From positions 6,141 to 70,140 of the forward strand of contig CAYSNP010000002.1 of the NCBI GenBank assembly GCA_964432485.1: a stretch of DNA of 64,000 bases, read 5' to 3'. The notes under the pieces were generated by a model. The model did no database searches, was not told the DNA's origin, and saw nothing but the letters and a program-made list of their open reading frames with translations. Numbering within the stretch: position 1 is the first letter of the stretch; every line of letters begins with the position of its first letter. A program made the position numbers and the translations under genes. The stretch comes from an uncultured Christensenellaceae bacterium (lineage in GTDB: Bacteria > Bacillota > Clostridia > Christensenellales > DTU072). Shown here piece after piece: positions 27,113 to 36,261 of this stretch.

Positions 27113-28105
27113 CTAGTTTGCCAAATCCAATACTGTCTGCGGAATTTCAAATCCTATCTCATCTGCTACTGTTTGATTAATAGATAGCACAGGGTTCTTT
27201 TCTGACCATTCAACAGGAGTCGCGCTTATATCTGCACCCTCGACCAATACTCTATACGCCATACGAGCCGCCTGCTTGCCCATTTCATAATAGCTTAATC
27301 CGTAGGTGGCTATTCCGCAAGAGTCATTAATACCCGTTTCAGCAGCAACTATTGGCAGGGGCGTTGTCCTTGCCTTATTTGCGACATGCACAGCCTCGGC
27401 CGCATTGGCTATCATATTGTCAGTAGGCAAATATATTGCACCAATCTCACTTGCGTCAATGGAGTTTATTTGTCCTGCAATTTCATTTTGGTCTGTAATA
27501 GCCTTTTCAACTACTGTAAGCCCCATTTCAAATTCGTCAATTTTAGCCCTAACGGTTGCAAGTTGTGCCACAGAATTTGGCTCGCCGCTGTTATAGACAA
27601 AGGCAATTTTAGTTATCCCGGGGACAAGCAATTTAATAAGCTCAAGCTGTTTTTTCACTTGGATAGGAGCTAAGTCGTCCGAAACACCACTTACATTATA
27701 TTTTGGCACTTCATTGGTATCTACCAAATTTGCAACCTCTGCATCAGTTACAGCAGCAAAAATTATGGGTTTTTCGGTGATTGCGCCTGCCGCCGCTATT
27801 GCCGCAGGTGTGGCTATGGCATACACCATATCGCTGTCGGAAACCTTGAACTGCTCGGATATTGTAGTGCAATTTTCCTCATCTCCCTCAGCATTTTTTA
27901 CATTAAATGCCACCGTTTTGCCATCTGCATTTAGTAGCGCGGTAAGCTCATCCTTAAATCCTAGATAAGCATCGTCCAGCGCAGGGTGTGTAACAAGCTG
28001 CAAAACATCAATTGAATAATCATAATGTTCTTTATTACAACCTGTAAATATAAACACACTTACCACTATTGTTATCAAAACTAAAATAAATATCTTTTTA
28101 CGCAT
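27113..28105 (-). CDS. ABC transporter substrate-binding lipoprotein (COG2984 / ABC_sub_bind-type)
   Basis: Lipobox FTGC. The periplasmic-binding-protein-like sequence begins 'IDVLQLVTHPALDDAYLGF'. The RBS is GGGAGGTG. Confidence 0.8.
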   Translation of the reverse strand: MRKKIFILVLITIVVSVFIFTGCNKEHYDYSIDVLQLVTHPALDDAYLGFKDELTALLNADGKTVAFNVKNAEGDEENCTTISEQFKVSDSDMVYAIATPAAIAAAGAITEKPIIFAAVTDAEVANLVDTNEVPKYNVSGVSDDLAPIQVKKQLELIKLLVPGITKIAFVYNSGEPNSVAQLATVRAKIDEFEMGLTVVEKAITDQNEIAGQINSIDASEIGAIYLPTDNMIANAAEAVHVANKARTTPLPIVAAETGINDSCGIATYGLSYYEMGKQAARMAYRVLVEGADISATPVEWSEKNPVLSINQTVADEIGFEIPQTVLDLAN

Positions 28106-28140
28106 AAAAACACCTCCCTATTTTACAATGTTTTAGCGTA

Positions 28141-28169
28141 ATTATAGCAAGCGAGTTTTAAGGTGTCAA
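28141..28169 (-). promoter_or_regulatory. Consensus promoter of the COG2984 ABC operon
   Basis: The minus strand reads TTGACA (28164-28169), a 17-nt spacer, then TATAAT (28141-28146). The leader is only about 35 nt. Confidence 0.6.
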
Positions 28170-28385
28170 TAGCGTTTTAACATTTAATGGCAATATACAA
28201 CAATGTTTGTTGAAAATGACAAAATAGTACAAGAAGTAAAAGTTTTTTACCATTATTAGCCTATTATTTTTACAGAAAAAAGAGGAAAATCAGTAATTTC
28301 AGTTAGCTTCTAAAAAGAGAGGGTTGCCTTTTTTGCAAATTATTGCTATACTTATTTTAATTAGAAAAGGCGGAGTATCAAGTAA

Positions 28386-29741
28386 ATGAAAAAGAAAAAT
28401 TTATTACAAATAGTAATAGCTATCCTTGTACTTGTAAGTGTCGGATTGGGAGTTTTTGCTTATTTAGATGTTGAAATTTGGCATTATTCTTATGAGCCTA
28501 GCGGGGATTTTTACAATATTGCTGTTTGCTTTGCAGGGAGCGGAGCGTATTCCAGAGCGTTTTCCTTTTCCACAAAAGCTGGAGGTACATATTGGGACAA
28601 ATGCGTAGTGCAAATAGACCCCGCTGAAAAAGAAGAAAATGTTCCTTCATTTCGGGATAGAGATAACTTTATAATTGAGGCAAAATCCTGCGAAAACGCT
28701 ACAATCCATATTGAGCCAAGAGTTATAGTACACTTTGCGCATACCGTAGAGCTAAAAGCTGATACCAAATACTTTTATCGGGTAGGCCGCCCTAAAGGCA
28801 ACCTTTGGAGCAGGTGGGGATACTTTATTACTGACGATGGAGATGACTGCTTTACCTTTATGCATATTACCGACTCGCAAGCTGAGGGGGATGCTGAATA
28901 TGAAGCCTTTGCCGCCACTTTAAGCAAGGCATTTGTAGAAGCGCCTGAAACTGAGTTTATACTATCTACAGGAGATCAAGTAGAATTCCCCTTTCAATCT
29001 TATTGGGATAAGTTTTTTGCCTGCATTGATGATATAGTGAAAATAACTACTTTTGCAGCAGTAAACGGTAATCACGAAATTACGACTGATACTATGCAAG
29101 CCAACTTTTATGTACCCACCGAAAGTGATATGTACTGTTATGCATATGAATATGGGGATTGTCTTTTTATGATTATAGACACCAATTACTTATCCAGAGA
29201 CCCTTCTAACTACAATGACCAATTGAGATACCTTGCAAATATTATGGAGCATTCTACTAAGAAATGGCGAGTTATAGCCGCGCATAAATCTCCATTTTCT
29301 ACAGGCACTCATGCTACTAATATTGATGTATTGGGGTTTAAGGACGCTATTGTACCTTTTGCGGCGCAGCATAATATTGATTTGGTGCTAAGCGGCCACG
29401 ACCATATTTATTATAGAAGTTTTCCTGTTGACGGGCAAGGAGAGCGGGCTAGCGTAGCAGAGGTGAGGCAAGTGCGAGTAGGCGAATATAATGCTACCGC
29501 TTATATTAATCCGCAAGGAGCGATATATGTGGAAAACCGCTGTATCGGTACTAAGTTTTATAATAAGGTACATTCTCTCAATGACCATTTGCTGGAAAAG
29601 ACCGACCCGCATAAGATACGGATACCTATGTATTCTGTAGTAAAAATAGAAGGTTCTAAACTAACCTATACAGCTTATGAACATGACAGAGATACGAATA
29701 CAGTGTCAATTTACGATTGTTTTGAAATAATTAAAAATTAG
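28386..29741 (+). CDS. Purple-acid-phosphatase-like metallophosphoesterase, signal-anchored
   Basis: The PAP-N-like segment is 'DTKYFYRVGRP'. MPE motifs: HITDSQ, TGDQVE, GNHE, GHDH. There is an N-terminal TM. Confidence 0.85.
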   Translation: MKKKNLLQIVIAILVLVSVGLGVFAYLDVEIWHYSYEPSGDFYNIAVCFAGSGAYSRAFSFSTKAGGTYWDKCVVQIDPAEKEENVPSFRDRDNFIIEAKSCENATIHIEPRVIVHFAHTVELKADTKYFYRVGRPKGNLWSRWGYFITDDGDDCFTFMHITDSQAEGDAEYEAFAATLSKAFVEAPETEFILSTGDQVEFPFQSYWDKFFACIDDIVKITTFAAVNGNHEITTDTMQANFYVPTESDMYCYAYEYGDCLFMIIDTNYLSRDPSNYNDQLRYLANIMEHSTKKWRVIAAHKSPFSTGTHATNIDVLGFKDAIVPFAAQHNIDLVLSGHDHIYYRSFPVDGQGERASVAEVRQVRVGEYNATAYINPQGAIYVENRCIGTKFYNKVHSLNDHLLEKTDPHKIRIPMYSVVKIEGSKLTYTAYEHDRDTNTVSIYDCFEIIKN

Positions 29742-29752
29742 GGTAAGAAAGA

Positions 29753-30046
29753 TTAAGGTTTAGGCTTATCCGTAGGTACAAACTTTTTATAGCCGCCTTT
29801 ACCATGCCTTATGCAGGCAGAAACTCGGCTAAGGGTAGCGGAGGAAATATCAGTCTCCGCTATTACTTGCGCATAGGTTTTGCCTTCAAGAAGCAGTTGC
29901 GCCGCCTTGGCACGCTGGGCCATTTGCAGCACCTCATTAACAGTACATAAATCAGCAAGCAGCAAAGCGCAATCCTCTTTACTTTTTACTTTTACAAGAG
30001 TATCATAAAGCAAGTCAATCATATCAGCAGTAATCTTTTCGTTCAT
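29753..30046 (-). CDS. TrpR-like YerC/YecD-family DNA-binding protein
   Basis: This 97-aa protein has 'LLADLCTVNEVLQMAQRAKAAQLL..GKTYAQVIAETDISSATLSRVS', the typical YerC/YecD pattern. Confidence 0.8.
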   Translation of the reverse strand: MNEKITADMIDLLYDTLVKVKSKEDCALLLADLCTVNEVLQMAQRAKAAQLLLEGKTYAQVIAETDISSATLSRVSACIRHGKGGYKKFVPTDKPKP

Positions 30047-30056
30047 AATTATCCTC

Positions 30057-30932
30057 TTAATACTTAGCTATAAACTGTTTAGTTTTTAGCGATTTTGGGT
30101 AATCAAACACTTGAGTTGGGGTACCCATTTCTTCAATTTTGCCATCATGCATAAAGATAATCCTATCAGCGACTTCTCTTGCAAACTCCATTTCGTGAGT
30201 AACTACAATCATAGTTGCTCCATAATCTTTTAAGTCTTTTATAACTCTAAGCACTTCGCCAGTTAGCTCGGGATCTAGCGCACTGGTCGGCTCGTCAAAA
30301 CACAGTATATCAGGCTCTAGCGCCAATGCTCTTGCTATGGCTACCCGTTGCTGCTGGCCGCCTGAAAGCTGAAAAGGATAAGCGTCTACTTTATCGGTAA
30401 GCCCAATCCTGTCTAGAAGCGCAAGAGCTTTTTTTCGGTTGGCATCATATTCTTTTGCCAGTTCCGCCCTATACTTCTTGAAAAGGTTTGGAGCGGCAAT
30501 TGCTCCCTTAAAAAAACTCTTAACTTTACTGCCAACTGTTTTTTTGGTATCCTTGCCAAAAAGAGATTGCTTAACCCTTTCTTTAGAAAGCAGGTCAGAA
30601 GCTAAAGTGATATTGCGCAAGGTGTTATATTGGGGAAATAGATTAAAGGACTGAAAGACCAGCCCAAAGTGCAAGCGTTTTTTGCGTAAGTCTTGTTCAT
30701 TATCTTGGATAGAGCAATTGCTGCAATCATACAAAGTCTTGCCCGCCACCACTATTTTGCCGCTATCTGCCTTTTCTAAAAAGTTAAGCACCCTAAGCAG
30801 CGTAGTTTTGCCGCTTCCGGATGAGCCGATAATAGCAAGCACTTCGCTTTTTTGCATAGTAAAGCTAATATCTTTTAGCACCTCCAGCGTGTCAAAACTT
30901 TTTTTTAAGTCAGTTACTTCTAAAATAGTCAT
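30057..30932 (-). CDS. Polar amino-acid ABC transporter ATP-binding protein (GlnQ-like) with a Lys-rich insertion
   Basis: Walker A GSSGSGKTT, Q-loop LVFQSFNLFP, signature [14 protein letters not shown], Walker B ILCFDEPTSALD. About 98 aa separate the Q-loop from the signature, against about 60 in the E. coli GlnQ sequence I remember. Confidence 0.88.
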   Translation of the reverse strand: MTILEVTDLKKSFDTLEVLKDISFTMQKSEVLAIIGSSGSGKTTLLRVLNFLEKADSGKIVVAGKTLYDCSNCSIQDNEQDLRKKRLHFGLVFQSFNLFPQYNTLRNITLASDLLSKERVKQSLFGKDTKKTVGSKVKSFFKGAIAAPNLFKKYRAELAKEYDANRKKALALLDRIGLTDKVDAYPFQLSGGQQQRVAIARALALEPDILCFDEPTSALDPELTGEVLRVIKDLKDYGATMIVVTHEMEFAREVADRIIFMHDGKIEEMGTPTQVFDYPKSLKTKQFIAKY

Positions 30933-30939
30933 ACGCTCT

Positions 30940-31584
30940 TTACCTATAATAGTCCAGCTTAGCTTCTATATGGCTAAATAAAATTGTAAGCAAGCCGCTA
31001 AACACCAAATAAAATACCCCTGCATAAAAGAGCGGATATAAGATACCATACCCGGCTACTATGTTGTATGCTACCATAATCAGTTCAGGGAAAGCTATAA
31101 CCCTGGCTAAAGCTGTATCCTTTACTAAAGTGATAACCTCATTGGATATGGGCGCCATTATCCTTTTTATTACCTGAAACAGTACAATCTTAAAGAAAAT
31201 CTGCCCTTTGGTCATCCCCAGCACTTGCCCTGCCTCATATTGCCCTTTAGAGATACTTTCTATACCGCCACGATAAATTTCGGAAAAATAACAGGCGTAA
31301 TTGATTACAAAAGCTATTAGGGCGGCTGTCATTCTTTTACTAAGTGTAACTCCGAACAATAAACCGGGCGCATAAAAGACTATTATTATCTGTAGCATTA
31401 GCGGAGTGCCTCTGATTACCCATACTATACTGCGAGTAAGCCACCGCAAGGGCTTGAATTTGCTCATAGAGCCAAAGGACACTATCAGCCCCAGCGGCAG
31501 CGACAATATCAATGTCAGTATAAATAATAGCAGTGTTGTACCAAAGCCCTCTAAAAGGTCTTTGGATACTTGTAGAAATGTCAT
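30940..31584 (-). CDS. Amino-acid ABC transporter permease (HisM/GlnP-type)
   Basis: It has 214 aa and 5 TM helices, with an EAA-like loop 'ESISKGQYEAGQVLGMT'. Confidence 0.88.
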   Translation of the reverse strand: MTFLQVSKDLLEGFGTTLLLFILTLILSLPLGLIVSFGSMSKFKPLRWLTRSIVWVIRGTPLMLQIIIVFYAPGLLFGVTLSKRMTAALIAFVINYACYFSEIYRGGIESISKGQYEAGQVLGMTKGQIFFKIVLFQVIKRIMAPISNEVITLVKDTALARVIAFPELIMVAYNIVAGYGILYPLFYAGVFYLVFSGLLTILFSHIEAKLDYYR

Positions 31585-31589
31585 ACTCT

Positions 31590-32387
31590 TTACTTAATTT
31601 CTTTTAAGGATTCCGCAATATTATACTTTCCTGCAAGTGCCCCAATAGTGCCGTCATCCCAAAGTTTTTTAAGTGCGGCATTAACTTTAGCTACGGTGTC
31701 AGGACTGTCTTTACGAAAAGCTATGCCATATTCTTCTTCTGTAAAATGCAGACCTTGAACTATCATAAGAGAGTTGTATGATTCTCCTGTAAGAGTGCCT
31801 TCTGCCATAACAGAATCTACTATAGCTATATCGCTTGCATTAGCTTTAACTTCTAACAATGCATTAATTTGAGAGGAGGCGGCAAGAAAAGATTTGTCAA
31901 AGAAATCCGCTTTAATGACATCTTCGCCTGCAGAGCCTGCTTCTGCGACAAGTCTGCCATTCTTAATGGTTTCCTTGTTTGTATACACGGATTGGTCAGC
32001 TTTTCTAATTACTGCAATTTGCTTATTATATAGATAAGATACAGAAAAATCAGCTTCTTTAGCTCTTTCTTCATTGACTGTAAAGCCATTCCATACACAA
32101 TCAATGGTTTTGCTGTTTAACTCAAAAAACTTATTATCCCAATCAATGAGTTGAAATACAGGGTCTACTCCTAATTCTGCACAAACCGCTTCTGCAAGTT
32201 CGGTATCAAACCCTATAAACTTACCATCTTCGCTATAGTTCATTGGTTCAAATATAGTGTAACCTATAATCATTTTGCCTTTGCCTTCTATGTACTTCCA
32301 ATCTTGATTTGCGTTGCAACCTGCAAGCGAAAGTACAACTGCCAAACATAAGGCTATTGCCAATATTGTTAAACCTACCTTTTTCAT
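31590..32387 (-). CDS. Amino-acid ABC transporter substrate-binding lipoprotein
   Basis: Lipobox SLAGC. It shows a family-3 SBP pattern (GFDTELAEAVC, IDCVWNGFT). Confidence 0.85.
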   Translation of the reverse strand: MKKVGLTILAIALCLAVVLSLAGCNANQDWKYIEGKGKMIIGYTIFEPMNYSEDGKFIGFDTELAEAVCAELGVDPVFQLIDWDNKFFELNSKTIDCVWNGFTVNEERAKEADFSVSYLYNKQIAVIRKADQSVYTNKETIKNGRLVAEAGSAGEDVIKADFFDKSFLAASSQINALLEVKANASDIAIVDSVMAEGTLTGESYNSLMIVQGLHFTEEEYGIAFRKDSPDTVAKVNAALKKLWDDGTIGALAGKYNIAESLKEIK

Positions 32388-32524
32388 AATTTTTTAGTCT
32401 CCTTTTTGTTAATGCTTTAGATTATACTTTAGTTCGTTAAAGAAGTAAAGTGTTTTTGCATAGTTTTTTATTTTTTTCTTATAATGTGCTATAATCTACT
32501 AAAATAGTATAGGAAAGACAAAAT

Positions 32525-33085
32525 ATGAAAAAGAAAGTTAAAAACTTAATTGAGGAGTTCAAAAAGTTTATTGCCAAAGGCAATGTGTTGGATTTGGCGG
32601 TTGCGGTAATTATTGGAGCGGCTTTTTCTAAGATAGTTACCAGCCTTGTCAATGATATGGTAATGCCGCTGGTGACTGCGGCAATTGGCGGACAAAGCCT
32701 TGCTGATTTGTCTTGGATAATCAAGCCGGAGATAGCGGCTGACGGTGTTGTGCTTCAGCCTGCGCTAACTATAAAATGGGGCTCTTTTTTGCAAAATATT
32801 ATTGACTTTTTAATTATTGCAATTATTGTATTTTCTTTTGTTAAAATGCTTGCCGCCGCTAAGGCGGCATCAGAAAAGCTGCATACCGAAGCTAAAGGAT
32901 TGATTAAAGAATATGGTATAATTAAGATTGATTCTAAAGCAGAAAATAAAGAAAACGAGCAAGTGCCTGAGCAGATAGCAGAAAATATTAAAGAGGATAC
33001 TGCGATAGCAGAAAGCTCACAATTAGGTAAAATAGAAATATTATTAGAGGATATTAAGCGTATTTTAAAAGAAAAAACAAATTAG
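32525..33085 (+). CDS. mscL: Large-conductance mechanosensitive channel MscL with an extended acidic C-terminus
   Basis: The N-terminus 'EFKKFIAKGNVLDLAVAVIIGAAFSKIVTSLVNDMVMP' is the MscL signature. At 186 aa it is longer than I remember as typical for MscL (not checked). Confidence 0.9.
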   Translation: MKKKVKNLIEEFKKFIAKGNVLDLAVAVIIGAAFSKIVTSLVNDMVMPLVTAAIGGQSLADLSWIIKPEIAADGVVLQPALTIKWGSFLQNIIDFLIIAIIVFSFVKMLAAAKAASEKLHTEAKGLIKEYGIIKIDSKAENKENEQVPEQIAENIKEDTAIAESSQLGKIEILLEDIKRILKEKTN

Positions 33086-34446
33086 GTCAGTCTGATTTTT
33101 CTTTTGGCTCTCTTTGGCTTGGCGCAAGCAGCAAGATACTGCAATTGCCCTGCTCGGCTAAGCAAGCGCGGCTCACTTGCGCAAAGGCTTACCAACTCTT
33201 GCAAACATTGCCCAATTGCTTTGCCCGAAAGCCCTGCCGCAAGCGCATCAGTACCGTTTACTTGCAAATCTTTAAGGCTAAAGGGTATCCCCGTCTTTTC
33301 CATATACGCAAGTTGCTCTTGCAAGCGTATATTGGCAATAGGATTGGCGCTACCCTCTCTGGAAGCTAGACAGTCTGCTGACTTTAGTGCCATTAGTTTG
33401 TCCAAAATATCATAGTTCCTTTGAATAAACCGCCTTATTGTAACAGGGCGCGCCTCTCCGCTCAAATTAAACATATGGGTAAGTACCAATCTTTCAGTTT
33501 CGCTAATAATACTTGGCTTATATTTTAATCGTGTTAAAGTGTCTACGGCAATTTTAGCCGAATACTTAGCATGAGCGGACATACTGGAAAAGGTTCTTTC
33601 GCAATATGGTTTGGCTATATCGTGAAAAAGTATTGCCAGCCTTACATCTTGCCTTGCAACCGTCAATGCCTGCATGGTATGCTCATATACATCATATATA
33701 TGGTAGCGCTTATTTTGCGCAAAATCTATCCCTTCTAGCAATTGCGGGATTATATGTGCCATTGCGCCGCACTCTACTAAATATCTTATCCCCTGAGTAT
33801 GCGCACCGTAAACATTGTTCTTTTTATCGGCAAGCAGGATCTTATTTAGTTCATCCTGTATGCGTTCGGGGGCAAGAGCGGCAATAAGATGCGCTTGCTC
33901 CCTTGCGCCTGAAAGAGCATTAGGGCAAATGGTTAAACCGTTTTCGCAAGCTAAGCGCGCTAAGCGTAAAATTCGCAACGCATCCTCGCTAAATACCTCT
34001 TTAGGCTCTCTAGTAGTCCTTATTGTGCGGCTCTTAATATCAAAACTGCCTTGTAAAGGGTCTATAATTTTTTGTGCCGCTATATCATAATAAATAGCAT
34101 TAATGATAAAATCCCGTCTTAGTGCATCTTTTTGTATATCGTTGGTAAAATTAACGCTAATAGGTTGATGAGTGCCGTCTTGCGCATAGCTATCCTCACG
34201 CATAGCGGTATATTCATACCTTTCGTTGTCTATAGCAATGGATAAAGTCCCAAGTTTTAAGCTATTTGGTTTGGCAGAAAAAGCAGAGCCTGCTAATGTT
34301 TGCAGCACTTGAGAGGCAGAGAGCGTGCCCGTAAGGTCAATATCGCTTATGGAGTATCCCAAAAGGTGGTCTCTTACCGCTCCGCCTACAATATATAAAG
34401 GAGATATTAAGGCGGCAAGGGCGGCTAAGTTTCTAGATATCTTCAT
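33082..34446 (-). CDS. cca: CCA-adding tRNA nucleotidyltransferase / poly(A) polymerase-family protein with an HD-like C-terminal domain
   Basis: The N-terminus is 'LYIVGGAVRDHLLG...DIDL', followed by 'RRDFIINAIYYD' and then 'LAILFHDIAKP'. Confidence 0.8.
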   Translation of the reverse strand: MKISRNLAALAALISPLYIVGGAVRDHLLGYSISDIDLTGTLSASQVLQTLAGSAFSAKPNSLKLGTLSIAIDNERYEYTAMREDSYAQDGTHQPISVNFTNDIQKDALRRDFIINAIYYDIAAQKIIDPLQGSFDIKSRTIRTTREPKEVFSEDALRILRLARLACENGLTICPNALSGAREQAHLIAALAPERIQDELNKILLADKKNNVYGAHTQGIRYLVECGAMAHIIPQLLEGIDFAQNKRYHIYDVYEHTMQALTVARQDVRLAILFHDIAKPYCERTFSSMSAHAKYSAKIAVDTLTRLKYKPSIISETERLVLTHMFNLSGEARPVTIRRFIQRNYDILDKLMALKSADCLASREGSANPIANIRLQEQLAYMEKTGIPFSLKDLQVNGTDALAAGLSGKAIGQCLQELVSLCASEPRLLSRAGQLQYLAACAKPKRAKRKIRLT

Positions 34447-34987
34447 TATTATTTAAATATATTTCTTCTTTTAATACGCATATTTCGGGCAAGTTTCTAT
34501 ACCTTTCCTTATAATCTAGGCCATATCCTACCACAAAGGCATCGGGTATGGAAAAGCCCACATAATCGCCCTCAATAGGTACTTGCCTGCGGGAAGGCTT
34601 ATCTAACAAGGCGCATATTTTTAAGGTCTTTGGCGCACGAGCAAGGAGCAGTCTTTTTAGATAAATCAGCGTATTACCGCTATCTATTATATCTTCTACC
34701 AAAATAACATTTTGCCCTTCTATGCGTGTGCTAATATCTTTATCAATCCTCACTTCGCCTGAAGAACTGGTCCCCGAGCCATAGCTAGAAACAGCCATAA
34801 AGTCAAAGTTGACTTCGGTTGTAATCATCCTCACCAGGTCTGCAAAAAAGAGAGATGCGCCCCGCAATATACATACCATCAGCAATCGCTCTCCTGCAAA
34901 ATCTTTGGAGATTCTTTGCGCAATTTCTTTAGTTTTTTGCGCTATTTGCTTGCTTGTTACCAATACTTCTTTTACATCCTTGTACAT
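34433..34987 (-). CDS. hpt: Hypoxanthine phosphoribosyltransferase
   Basis: The PRPP-binding loop is VILVEDIIDSGNTL. The HPRT-type N-terminus is 'VLVTSKQIAQKTKEIA'. It lies directly downstream of tilS. Confidence 0.92.
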   Translation of the reverse strand: MYKDVKEVLVTSKQIAQKTKEIAQRISKDFAGERLLMVCILRGASLFFADLVRMITTEVNFDFMAVSSYGSGTSSSGEVRIDKDISTRIEGQNVILVEDIIDSGNTLIYLKRLLLARAPKTLKICALLDKPSRRQVPIEGDYVGFSIPDAFVVGYGLDYKERYRNLPEICVLKEEIYLNNNEDI

Positions 34988-34992
34988 TGTGT

Positions 34993-36261
34993 TTATGCCT
35001 TTTTTATCTCGTATATATTTTTTGTTTTTTTATCAATTTTAATTAAATCGCTGATTTCGATACCCAAAACAGCATATATGGTTTGCCCTTTTGCAACTAC
35101 CAGCAAATTATCTCTTTTTCGTGCAGGCACTTTTTTTTGCTGAAGATAATCGCCTAACAGCTTAGTCCGCCCGTTGCAAGCCTTAAAGATATCACCGTTT
35201 TGTCTTGTTCGAACAATAAGCTCGCTGGGCAGTTTATCAGCATCAAAAGCCAAATGCTCGCTTCGATTATCTGCCTTGCAAAAAACAAACTTTTGTCCTG
35301 CAAACTCATAGCTTTTAGACAACACAAATTGCTGACTGTACTTTGTTTGCGGCTGTGTCTTTATAAAGGTAAGACTGCCGCCCTCAATATAAACATCTAT
35401 TTCGAACGGTAAGTTTATCCTTTTATTGTTTTGTTTGCACAGCAGCTCCAAAAGGTCATCGTAATGCCTGCTCTCTATATCCCGATAAATACCCATTGCC
35501 CTTAAAGTGCGCGCTATGGAATACTTTATTATTAGCGGATGCAAAGAGTTTATCATAGCAGGCAAGATATAAGCACCGTCTTTTTCCTTAAATGATACCG
35601 CTTTGCTTTCCAGGTAGGCATCTGCCTCATTGCAGTTTTCGGCAAGACGCTCCAGGCTTTTATCTAGTGCAGGGTAACGCTCGCAAATTAAAGGAATAAT
35701 TTTATTGCGGATAAAGTTGCGGGTATAGTCTATCTCCTTATTGGTTGCATCCTCTCTATATTCTATATTATTAGCCTTGGCATATTCCAGCAACTGTGCC
35801 TTTGAATACTTTATAAAAGGGTGAACAAATCTGTCGCTGTCCGTAATCCCTTTAAGCCCTCTTATCCCTGTGCCTCGAAAGATACGCATCAGCAATGTTT
35901 CGGTTTGGTCATTTTGGTGATGCGCAAGCGCAATAATATCTACTGTCCTTTGAGTAAGCAAAGAGTTAAATATTTGATAACGCATTTTGCGTGCTACCAG
36001 CTCGATACTTTCGCCATCTTGTGCTTGCTGTGCAGGCACATTGATAGGAAAATGCAAGCATTGCACCCCTTTTTCTTGACATACCTTTTTCACAAAAAGG
36101 CTATCTTGCTTGCTTACTTCGCCCCTTATACCGTGGTCAATATTGACAACTATAATATTGGCACTGCTCTTTATGGCTAAATCCAGCAATACCATAGAAT
36201 CCAGTCCGCCTGATACAGCAAGCCCTATCTTTTTATCTTTGGCAAACTTAACCTTTAGCAT
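34993..36261 (-). CDS. tilS: tRNA(Ile)-lysidine synthase
   Basis: The PP-loop is LAVSGGLDSMVL, followed by 'AHHQNDQTETLLMRIFRG'. Confidence 0.92.
   Translation of the reverse strand: MLKVKFAKDKKIGLAVSGGLDSMVLLDLAIKSSANIIVVNIDHGIRGEVSKQDSLFVKKVCQEKGVQCLHFPINVPAQQAQDGESIELVARKMRYQIFNSLLTQRTVDIIALAHHQNDQTETLLMRIFRGTGIRGLKGITDSDRFVHPFIKYSKAQLLEYAKANNIEYREDATNKEIDYTRNFIRNKIIPLICERYPALDKSLERLAENCNEADAYLESKAVSFKEKDGAYILPAMINSLHPLIIKYSIARTLRAMGIYRDIESRHYDDLLELLCKQNNKRINLPFEIDVYIEGGSLTFIKTQPQTKYSQQFVLSKSYEFAGQKFVFCKADNRSEHLAFDADKLPSELIVRTRQNGDIFKACNGRTKLLGDYLQQKKVPARKRDNLLVVAKGQTIYAVLGIEISDLIKIDKKTKNIYEIKKA

Noticed and set aside
28106-28385. A possible T-box or riboswitch leader upstream of the COG2984 ABC operon.
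   Set aside because: A consensus promoter sits only about 35 nt from the ATG. No T-box-like AGGGTGGNACCGCG sequence or long structured leader is present on the relevant strand.
32479-32724. An 81-aa ORF antisense to the start of mscL.
   Set aside because: It overlaps the strongly supported mscL N-terminus and its promoter region, and its composition looks like a mirror image of the TM helices.
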